Of a stretch of DNA of 39,744 bases, positions 1-7,908 are shown in pieces (within the stretch, counting starts at the first letter, position 1; each line of letters starts with the position of its first letter). This stretch comes from Acidobacteriota bacterium. GTDB taxonomy: Bacteria; Acidobacteriota; UBA6911; JACQSX01. Made by a program: the position numbers and the translations under genes. The stretch is taken from contig DASXQR010000107.1 in assembly GCA_036507075.1 (NCBI GenBank), forward strand, positions 1-39,744, written 5' to 3'. The notes beneath the pieces were generated by a model that made no database searches, was not told the DNA's origin, and saw nothing but the letters and a program-made list of their open reading frames with translations.

Positions 1-2
1 TC

Positions 3-1103
3 CTCCTACTCGGTTTGTGGATTCAGGGTGTCGGTTCACTCGTCCAGACCGGGACTGCACCCGCGGATGCGTGGCCTCAATTTCGCGGCAATCTTCAATT
101 GACCGGCGTTTCACTTTCGCCGGTTCCCTCAGAACTGAAGCCGCTCTGGACGTTCGAGGCCGGAGAATCGATTGAATCTTCTGCTGCCATTCGGGACGGG
201 ACCGTTTATGTGGGCTCGCAAACCGGCGACCTGATTGCACTGGATTTCCTGAGCGGGAGGCTCAAATGGAAGTATGCGGCCTCCAGGGACGGCATTGGTG
301 AATCGTCTCCCGCAGTAAGCAGCGGGTCTGTTTTCATTGGTGATCTTTCAGGCACCGTTCATGCCGTGAACGCCGCGAGCGGCAAAGCGCTGTGGACGTT
401 CAAAACGAACAGCGAAATCAAATCCTCTCCCGTGGTGGTCGACAACAAGATTCTGATCGGCTCCTACGACGGCAATCTTTACGCCTTGTCGGCCGGAACA
501 GGCGCTCTTGCCTGGAAATTCAAAACCAACAATTATGTCCACTGCACACCCGCCATCTTGAATGGCCTGGCGTATATTGCGGGTTGCGATGAAAATTTTC
601 GCGCCATTCGGATCGCGGACGGACGGGAAGTATTCAAAGTTCCCTCAGTTGCCTATGTCGGAGCGTCACCGGCGCTGACACAGAGCGCCGCTTACTTTGG
701 AAACTTCAGCAATGAAGTGCTTGGTGTCAACCTGCCGCGCAGACGCTTGCTGTGGCGATACCAGAATGCCCAGCGGCAGTTCCCTTTCTACTCCTCGGCG
801 GCGGTAAGCGGTGGAAAGGTTATAGTGGGCGGGCGCGACAAAATGGTGCATTGCTTGAATGCGGCCACGGGAAAGCTGCTCTGGGCGTTTGCCACCCGTG
901 CGCGCGTCGAGTCCTCACCCGCAATTTCGGGCAGCAGGGCTTATGTCGGTTCCAATGACGGGCGCTTTTACGTTCTGGATCTCGCGCGTGGAACCAAGCT
1001 GTGGGAATTCAACGCCGGGGCGCCAATCTCCGCTTCGCCTGCAATTGCGGCAGGACGCATCGTGATCGGCACGCAGGATGGTCGGGTCTACTGCTTCGGA
1101 TAA
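3..1103 (+). CDS. PQQ-like (BamB-type) beta-propeller repeat protein, probably exported; 5' end probably upstream of the window
   Basis: Repeated W-x-F/Y...SSP...G blades (LWTFEAG..SSAAI, LWTFKT..SSPVV, LWEFNAG..ASPAI) and an N-terminal WPQFRGN motif. The frame is open from position 3 with hydrophobic LLLGLW, consistent with a cut signal peptide. Confidence 0.85.
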   Translation, partial: LLLGLWIQGVGSLVQTGTAPADAWPQFRGNLQLTGVSLSPVPSELKPLWTFEAGESIESSAAIRDGTVYVGSQTGDLIALDFLSGRLKWKYAASRDGIGESSPAVSSGSVFIGDLSGTVHAVNAASGKALWTFKTNSEIKSSPVVVDNKILIGSYDGNLYALSAGTGALAWKFKTNNYVHCTPAILNGLAYIAGCDENFRAIRIADGREVFKVPSVAYVGASPALTQSAAYFGNFSNEVLGVNLPRRRLLWRYQNAQRQFPFYSSAAVSGGKVIVGGRDKMVHCLNAATGKLLWAFATRARVESSPAISGSRAYVGSNDGRFYVLDLARGTKLWEFNAGAPISASPAIAAGRIVIGTQDGRVYCFG

Positions 1104-1126
1104 TTTATGTCACCGGTCGTCAAGGC

Positions 1127-2464
1127 TTATTCGGGTAATTTCTCCGTCTTCGGCTCGGGCAGCCAGAAGCTGGCGATGAATCCTGCGGCGTAAACAAACA
1201 ACGCCACCAGAGCGGCGGCATTGGCAAGCTGGTGCGACGGGCTGTTTCCCGGCATGACATTGGAGAGCTGCGCCGTTATCAGCGCAGCCGATGTCCCTAC
1301 CATCCGGCCGCCGATGTTGGCGGCAAAGCTTTCGCCGGTCCCGCGAAGATAGGTGGGGTAGACACGGGGCAGGTAATTTCCCCAAAAACTGAATTGCGCC
1401 ACCGTGAACAGTCCCGCCAGAAAGACTCCCCACTTGAGCATTTCCAGATCGTTCTTGGCGGGAATGAAGAAGACCAAAGGAACCAGAATCAGGCCCGGAA
1501 TCTGGAATACGCGCAGCAGCTTTCGGCGGCTGAAAATCCGCACAACAAGCAGCGCCAGAATGAATCTCCCCGCCAACCCTCCTGTTTCCTGAAAAAGCTG
1601 AACCCTGCCGACGGTCTGTTCCTGCTGAATTCTGGGCAGCACGGAAACCTCTTTCAGGCCGGGCACAATCCGCGGCAAGTGCTGAATGGCCCCAAACGCC
1701 GCGCCGTAACTGCACGCCACCATCAGGGCCGACACCAGCGTTGTTTGCCGCAGCGCAGGTTGAAAGAGCTCACGCAGGCTGGGGCGCTTCAACTCTCCGG
1801 CTGCCTTCTTCTCCTTCCACTTGGGCGATTCAGGCAGCCAGGGCCGGATCACGATCAGTGGAATCGCCGGAATTACTCCCGAAATAAGCGTGTAGCGCCA
1901 CGCCTCATGCGCCCCGTGGATCACCGGCAATGAGTCCGCGTGCGTGACGATCAGGTAATAGGCGGCCGTAACCATCAGGCCGCCGAGCGAAGAAAATCCC
2001 TGCGTGTAGCCGAGCACGGTTTCCCGCTGCTTTGGATGCGGGAAGAGCTCTGCAAGCCAGGCCACTGCAGCCACAAACTCGACACAGACGCCGATGAATG
2101 TGGTACAGCGCAGGATCAAAAGCATCACAATCGAGGTTGCATAGCCGGCTGCCAGGGCGGAGAAACCGTACAGCAGAATGCTGAACACCAGTACTCGCCT
2201 GCGCCCGAACCGATCCGTGAGATAGCCGCCGAGCAAACCGAAAATCCCTCCCGCAATGGCAGGAATGTAAAACAGCATGCCCACCCAGAAATTAAAATCC
2301 GCCGTCCCCGGTTTTACGTGTGCCAGCTCCATCAGCGCCGGACGCACAATGAGCGGGAGCACCAGCAGCTCGTAGGTGTCAAACGCGAACCCCAGCGCAG
2401 CCACAAAACAAATCAACCACTGAATCGGCGTCAGCCGCGGCGAGTCAGAAGAGTTATCCTGCAT
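1127..2464 (-). CDS. Major facilitator superfamily transporter
   Basis: About 12 hydrophobic segments, MFS motif A GYLTDRFGRRRV and PESPKW. ATG at 2464 preferred; GTG 2482 is the alternative. Confidence 0.9.
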   Translation of the reverse strand: MQDNSSDSPRLTPIQWLICFVAALGFAFDTYELLVLPLIVRPALMELAHVKPGTADFNFWVGMLFYIPAIAGGIFGLLGGYLTDRFGRRRVLVFSILLYGFSALAAGYATSIVMLLILRCTTFIGVCVEFVAAVAWLAELFPHPKQRETVLGYTQGFSSLGGLMVTAAYYLIVTHADSLPVIHGAHEAWRYTLISGVIPAIPLIVIRPWLPESPKWKEKKAAGELKRPSLRELFQPALRQTTLVSALMVACSYGAAFGAIQHLPRIVPGLKEVSVLPRIQQEQTVGRVQLFQETGGLAGRFILALLVVRIFSRRKLLRVFQIPGLILVPLVFFIPAKNDLEMLKWGVFLAGLFTVAQFSFWGNYLPRVYPTYLRGTGESFAANIGGRMVGTSAALITAQLSNVMPGNSPSHQLANAAALVALFVYAAGFIASFWLPEPKTEKLPE

Positions 2465-2492
2465 ACGTATTTCTTGTTCCACGGTCTGGCGT

Positions 2493-2521
2493 ATAGTCTT
2501 CCACCGATCTTAGTCCGTCAA
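2493..2521 (-). promoter_or_regulatory. Candidate sigma70 promoter for the MFS gene
   Basis: Minus strand TTGACG (2521-2516), 17-nt spacer, GACTAT (2498-2493). Confidence 0.35.
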
Positions 2522-2529
2522 GCGCAAAT

Positions 2530-2552
2530 GAGGGACAGCATCCCCTTTCAGA
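2530..2552. repeat. Left copy of imperfect direct repeat bounding the accessory island
   Basis: GAGGGACAGCATCCCCTTTCAGA versus GAGGGACAGTCCCCATTCAGA at 7873-7893. Confidence 0.55.
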
Positions 2553-2612
2553 GGCGCACTGTCCCATGGGCCCGATAAATCGCCCCCTAACGACGTCCCT
2601 GAGGTCCTTACC

Positions 2613-2725
2613 GTTTTGCGCCCCGGATGGGGCGCTGAGCCTGTAGCCGGGGGTTGGCGCGCCTTCTGCGCCTACCCCCGGTCCGAGAAATCCAATCCAT
2701 TTTGCGCCCCGGACGGGGCGCTGAG
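2613..2725. repeat. REP-like palindrome cluster
   Basis: Two copies of TTTTGCGCCCCGGAYGGGGCGCTGAG flank a GTAG-led hairpin GTAGCCGGGGGTTGGCG...CGCCTACCCCCGG. Confidence 0.75.
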
Positions 2726-2914
2726 ATGACCACGCAGCAACATCCGTTGGTTGCCTTGTGCAGACATTACGCTAAAAACCCGTCTAGAAAGGAAACTGCC
2801 TTATCCGAAGGAGCTAAAAACCTGGGGAGACCACCACAAGTGATTGAGCGGGACGTACTCCAAAAGTAGTAGGACTGAGTCAAGAACGAGCTAGTTCGAT
2901 CGTTGGCGTGCTTA

Positions 2915-3478
2915 ACCCGAACCTTGCTTATGGGAGAAGAGCGAAAGCCGTTTGACCGTCTGGGAGTCGACGGCATCCAACCTGGTGTTTCTGGCCAACT
3001 ACGTACAGGCCAATCCCTTGCTAGCAGGTCTGGAGACCCAGGCCGGCCAGTACCGCTGGTCCAGCTATTGCCATTATGTGCCGGCCCGGCAAGGCGCAAG
3101 GGCCTGGTCGTGCCGCTTGCCATTCGCCGCCAACATGCTGAGCGCGGCAAGCCTGAGGCTTGGTACCGCGAGCAATTCCAGCAGCAGTACCGCTGCGGCA
3201 AGCTTAAGACAGATGTGCGAATGAACCAGACAGGCATTGTCGGATCAAAGAAGTTTCTCAAGCGGATTAAACAAGAGCTGGCAGGCCCAAAGCGCCTGCC
3301 CGCTTTTATCAAAGACATGCTCAAGCTGAAACGGGAAGGGACCGTTTGGGGACTAAAGACGCTTCTTCACCTGCTGTGTAAGCCGATGGTGGATGGCTGG
3401 CTCGAGGCGCACAACTGTTGGAAGAATCTCGCCGACAGAATCGGCCCGCTTGTACCAGTGCCGGAACCGTCCGGCTGA
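2915..3478 (+). pseudogene. Decayed REP-associated tyrosine transposase (RAYT-like), C-terminal part, frameshifted
   Basis: Frame of ORF 2952 gives NYVQANPLLAGL...YRWSSY, matching the RAYT Y-x3-NP-x2-AG...Y-x-WSS motif. The homology appears to continue in the frame of ORF 2903 (WYRE...IVGSKKFLKRI). Upstream in-frame stops; no HUH motif found. Confidence 0.6.
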
Positions 3479-3793
3479 GACGAGATTATCCTTTCCTTCA
3501 CCAACTGCACATCACAACTGTACCCGATCCAATCACAAGCAGTCCCAGTGAAGCGTGGTCGCTCTGCCTGCTGAAACTGTGTTCTTCCCACCTGTGACCA
3601 AAAGCATACGATCGACGACCGCTTCGCCGCCTGCCGGCGGACAATGTACCGTCCTGCCAAAAGTTCGAATCACTCCGTCACCCCAAAAGTCCCCACTATT
3701 TTGTGGTCAAGCCCGAAAAAGGTCGACAAGAATGAAGCTTCAAAAAGAATACAAGAGTTACACAAGTTCCCACCACGCTTGGATTTTCGATTC

Positions 3794-3851
3794 TTGATGG
3801 TGAGAGGCACTCAGTCTTCCTCCTTTGATGGTGAGAGGCACTCAGTCTTCC
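3794..3851. repeat. Tandem duplication, 27-bp identical unit at 31-bp period
   Basis: TTGATGGTGAGAGGCACTCAGTCTTCC at 3794-3820 and 3825-3851. Confidence 0.9.
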
Positions 3852-4131
3852 CTCCAAGCAGTAGCGGCTAACCCCTATCCAAAATGGGCAAGGCATCCCG
3901 CGCTCCGGCTTCATACAAGCTAGGGGCAAACGTGTCGAGCCTGGCTACCCACAGTTTGCCTGGCGACCTGAAATTAGATTGAAGTTTTCGCGCGAATTCT
4001 GATTTTTCTCAGTCTCACGATCGGCTTGAAGTTCTGGAACTTTTTTAAAATGCCATCTCGATCTTGAACCCTTGACTATCATCAAAAGCGGTATAATTTT
4101 ATAAGTATGTCTAAGTGAGTTGGAGGTTGAA

Positions 4132-4959
4132 ATGAATCAAAACGACACAAACTCCCGCCTTCATCGCCGAGCTTTTTTGTCCTTGAGTGCTACTCCCCTT
4201 GTATTCGGGCTTGTTCCATCCAGTCTGATTACCACTCCCATTACCCAAGGAGAGAATCTGAAAGGGCCGCAAAGCCCGGAAATTTCCTTGTTAGGTACCA
4301 CGCTAATTACGACCGATAACTTCGGAAACATTATCGTCTCCGTGGATAAATGGGATCCTTCCACAAAACAAGCCGATGGTATTGCAGATGACGTGTTCGT
4401 CTTTGGACCGACGACACCGTCGGGTCCCACGCCTGCCCGTCTGCTAATTGAAGGGGCAAGGATTCTTTACAGAGGTGGAAACTTAAGTATTTCCGCGCCC
4501 GATGACGGCATTGCCTTGGAGCTTTCAGTCAGACAGGGCTCGAAAAACGAGAACAGGATTATCGATCCCCCCTCTGCCGAAGTCATCGATGCGCTAACGC
4601 GATCTCAGTCTCAATCAAGAAAACGACTTTCGCTCGGGTCGTCGGCCAGATTCCGTCTCCGGCATGGGATTGGAATCTCTCATTATTTTGGCGGATTCAA
4701 ATATAAAGGACGTCTCGACGAAGTTGCTGAAATCGCCCGAGATGGGTCCCTGTCGGTGGTCATGGCAGCTCCCTCCATTGGGCCGTTTGGAGTTCTGGCT
4801 TGTACAGACTGCGGTAGTCAGAATTGCCAGTCGGGTGGACCCGGAGCAACAAGCTGTACCGTTCAATGTGGCGGAGGCCAAGGTTGCAGTGTCACGTGTT
4901 CAGCTTCTTGCTACGCATGTTGCAGCTGCGAAGGCGGATGTCACTGCTGCAACCCCTGA
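4132..4959 (+). CDS. Tat-exported hypothetical protein with C-terminal Cys-rich domain
   Basis: GGAGG RBS before ATG 4132; HRRAFLS twin-arginine motif; 14 Cys in the last 52 aa. Confidence 0.8.
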   Translation: MNQNDTNSRLHRRAFLSLSATPLVFGLVPSSLITTPITQGENLKGPQSPEISLLGTTLITTDNFGNIIVSVDKWDPSTKQADGIADDVFVFGPTTPSGPTPARLLIEGARILYRGGNLSISAPDDGIALELSVRQGSKNENRIIDPPSAEVIDALTRSQSQSRKRLSLGSSARFRLRHGIGISHYFGGFKYKGRLDEVAEIARDGSLSVVMAAPSIGPFGVLACTDCGSQNCQSGGPGATSCTVQCGGGQGCSVTCSASCYACCSCEGGCHCCNP

Positions 4960-5036
4960 ATTTTTTCCGCAGGCGATAAGTTCAGGCCTGTAATTCCCGG
5001 AAAGTCTCTGAGCAGTGACTTTTTGGCAGCGAGAGG

Positions 5037-6974
5037 CTATTCTCGGAGCAAAGCACTTTCAAGTATTTTCTCGTAGAGGTCCATAATTCGCCGTGCCTGA
5101 ACTCTGGCACTTAATTCAGATTCGATGTAGTGCCGAGCCGCCCGCGTTACCTGTCGGGTAAGATTCGAATTGCTGAGCACTTGCACGATACGTTTAGCAA
5201 GTGCATTTGCATCTCCAGCTGGGACGACGTAGCCCGTCCTGCCGTCCTGGACGATTTCCTGTGTCCCGCCAGAGTCGCTAATAATGACCGGAACCTCCAT
5301 CGCCATTGCCTCCATCACGGAAGTGGCTAGAGGTTCGCGATGTGAACACGAAACAAGAGCATCGGCCGTGGCTTCGATTTTCCGTATGTCTGGCTGGAAC
5401 TCGAGGAATCTAACAGTGTCATTCAGCTCCTTTGATTCCACCAGTGCTTTAATTGACTCGTAGTAATCTGGCGCTTCAAGGACCTCTCCGACTAGTACGA
5501 TCTTCAAAGATGGGATGTGTGCTCTCACAATCTCGGCAGCTTCGAGCAACAACTCCTGGCGCTTATTCGGTGCAAAACGGGCAATCATTAAGACAACCTT
5601 GGCGTCCTCAGAAATCCCAAATTCTCTTCGGAGGAGCGCCCTTTCAAATAACTCTCGCCTAAAAATGACCGCATCAATTCCATTCCAAATTACATGAACT
5701 TTATCGCTTCGCACATTAAATTTTATAACTTCGCCTTTGACGAATTTCGACACAGTAATGATTCCATCTGCGTTTCGCAATACTTCACCGTAAGCTCGGA
5801 GATTTGCGACATGAACATGTTGCACGACAGGAATCCCCAAGAGCGCTCCCACAAACAAGAGAGGGGCCCCGACAAGCCCGTTAAAATGCATAATCGCAGG
5901 CTGAATACTTTTAACAACTCTCAGGAGAAACAGAAAACTTTGGACGCTAAGATTCCCGAAGTCGTCTTCTGGACACAACACTTCGGCTCCAGCTTGCTTT
6001 AGCCCCTCAGAAAATCTTCCTTGCATTGCCACCAACGCGTAGGGCTTAAATCTTGCCGAATCAAGGTTAGCAATGACCCGACAGAGAACTTCTTCTGCCC
6101 CTGAAAAAACTGATGCAGTCGACACGTATAATACCCGTCGCGGTACCGTCGTGTGGACCGCCAAGCGATAGACTGACGTTTCCCTAATAAGCTTCTCTCG
6201 AACTTCGTCCCTGATCTGTATCGCTGTCTCCTTCCAGAGCCGCAGAGACAACACATCACCACTGCCCCCAAAGGCAAAGTGTGGTGAAGCAGAAATGACA
6301 CGTCTGACAATCTCAACATCAGACGGGAAGAACACACGCACATTCTCCGGTAAGTGCTCGGATTCGATCTTGTACGTGGTAGCCGCATCGAAAGCTTTGC
6401 CGCGTATCTCGGAGCCAGAAGCGCTCAAAAGTCTTTTGATGCCAATTTTAGGGTCATTCAATGACAGGAACGGCAGATTCAACCTCAGCAAGTAGAATAA
6501 AAGCTCAGAACTGTAGATTTCAGCCACAGCGCCATCGCTTAAACCAACAACCTCGGTATAGTCATTGTCCATCACAACGTGGTGAGAGTAGACTTTTGCC
6601 AACAAATCATTTGGAGCAAACGCAAATCCTAAACCGAAGATGGCGACGTCAGCTTGACCACACTTTTCTGCCACTTCTGCAAGTGCCGGCAACTTTGTTT
6701 TGTGTTTAGTTCTGTGGAGGGTCACCCGCCTACATGCCGATATACTCCGGAAAGTAACTTCGTCCGTTTCGTTATCGAACAGGATAAAGAGTCTAGCTGT
6801 AGGATAAGCTTCAGCAAAGTTCTGGATAAACCATTCCAAGAGTGAAACCGAGCCTATATGGTCAAGATAAGAGCGATACGTCAGTGAGGCTGGAATTGGT
6901 GGCAGGTATAGAACTGAGGCCAGACTAGGCAGAAGTTGTTTATTCGGGTCAAGCTGTGAGGGCGTTTCGCACAT
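5037..6974 (-). CDS. GT4 glycosyltransferase fused to an N-terminal degenerate SpsF/cytidylyltransferase-like domain
   Basis: C-terminal half has SGAEE, HVH, IWNGID, ARFAPNKRQ and the EX7E motif EPLATSVMEAMA. N-terminal ...HHVVMDNDYT...DGAVAEIYS resembles SpsF. Confidence 0.8.
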   Translation of the reverse strand: MCETPSQLDPNKQLLPSLASVLYLPPIPASLTYRSYLDHIGSVSLLEWFIQNFAEAYPTARLFILFDNETDEVTFRSISACRRVTLHRTKHKTKLPALAEVAEKCGQADVAIFGLGFAFAPNDLLAKVYSHHVVMDNDYTEVVGLSDGAVAEIYSSELLFYLLRLNLPFLSLNDPKIGIKRLLSASGSEIRGKAFDAATTYKIESEHLPENVRVFFPSDVEIVRRVISASPHFAFGGSGDVLSLRLWKETAIQIRDEVREKLIRETSVYRLAVHTTVPRRVLYVSTASVFSGAEEVLCRVIANLDSARFKPYALVAMQGRFSEGLKQAGAEVLCPEDDFGNLSVQSFLFLLRVVKSIQPAIMHFNGLVGAPLLFVGALLGIPVVQHVHVANLRAYGEVLRNADGIITVSKFVKGEVIKFNVRSDKVHVIWNGIDAVIFRRELFERALLRREFGISEDAKVVLMIARFAPNKRQELLLEAAEIVRAHIPSLKIVLVGEVLEAPDYYESIKALVESKELNDTVRFLEFQPDIRKIEATADALVSCSHREPLATSVMEAMAMEVPVIISDSGGTQEIVQDGRTGYVVPAGDANALAKRIVQVLSNSNLTRQVTRAARHYIESELSARVQARRIMDLYEKILESALLRE

Positions 6975-7314
6975 TGTCCCACTCCAACGGTGCTGTCCAC
7001 ACTGTCGTGAAATTAATCCCAGGCGGTTTCATACTGAGCGTAGATCCGCTTCTCTCCAGTTGAGTCCTGGTACGGATTCCGACCACCCATTAGTCCACCA
7101 ATTGACGAAAGAAACACCATCAACCAGGGAAACAAGAACCGAACGGAAGTTGCAACCTCCGCAAGGGCCTGATGCTCGAGGCAACAATGCGAGCCTTTCC
7201 CGTGCTGACGTGAGCTAAGCTCCGCCCGAAAAGCTCCCTCTGAGTATCCTCACCCGCGACGGTTCCGACCGCGCCCTTCACATTGTAGAGAATCTCTCCG
7301 ATTAGAGCACGGGC

Positions 7315-7870
7315 TGAATTGGCTTTTCGGGTAAGCTATCGAGAGAAATGGCTTGCCCCAGCAAAGGAGCCAATGAGCCATGGGAAAAACCCGTCGAAAG
7401 TTCTCACTGGAGTTCAAGCAACAAATTCTGGCGGAAATCGCAAGCGGACAAAAAAGTCTCGGCCAGGCGGCGCGCGAGTATCAGGTGTCGGCAAGCGTGA
7501 TCAATCGCTGGCGCGCGCACGCCGATCAAAATCAGCTGAGCGCCACACCGTCGGCGCGCGAACGAGCGCTGGAAGCAGAAAACGAGCGCTTGAAGGCAAA
7601 GATCGGCGACTTGGTGATGCAGAACGACTTTTTAAAAAAGTTCCAAAGCTTCGTACAACGGCAGAAAAGCGTCGATTCGTCTGTGATCAGTGGGAAGAAT
7701 TGGGATCAATTACGAAAGCGTGCGAAGTGACCGGGATCCGACCGAGCACGTATTATTACCGGCCGAAGCTGGACCCGCAGGTGCGCGAAAAACAGGACGC
7801 GGACTTGAAGGAGAAGATCGAAGCAATTCAGGTTGAAAATCCCGGCTATGGATACCGGCGCGTTCAAACT
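7315..7870 (+). mobile_element. Truncated IS3-family insertion sequence (left end, orfA, start of orfB)
   Basis: Candidate IRL starts TG at 7315; HTH orfA; A-AAA-AAG slippery site at 7634-7640; orfB ACEVTGIRPSTYYY...GYGYRRV breaks off before any DDE domain. Confidence 0.85.
7380..7730 (+). CDS. IS3-family transposase OrfA (HTH)
   Basis: RRKFSLEFK...AREYQVSASVINRW...LEAENERLK...NDFLKK, with an AGGAG RBS. Confidence 0.9.
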   Translation: MGKTRRKFSLEFKQQILAEIASGQKSLGQAAREYQVSASVINRWRAHADQNQLSATPSARERALEAENERLKAKIGDLVMQNDFLKKFQSFVQRQKSVDSSVISGKNWDQLRKRAK

Positions 7871-7872
7871 CC

Positions 7873-7908
7873 GAGGGACAGTCCCCATTCAGATGGGGAC
7901 TGCCCCCT
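7873..7908. repeat. GGGACAGTCCCC-type palindrome; right copy of the island-bounding repeat, overlapping the cyclase stop
   Basis: GGGACAGTCCCCAT-TCAG-ATGGGGACTGCCCC hairpin. Confidence 0.65.

Noticed and set aside
4072..4097. TTGACT...TATAAT promoter upstream of the Tat gene
   Set aside because: The spacing is only 14 nt. The -10 may be real but the pair is not a supportable sigma70 call.
7010..7314. Possible gene remnant cut by the IS3 upstream of the GT4 gene
   Set aside because: Short open frames exist on the minus strand but I recognise no family or start signal.
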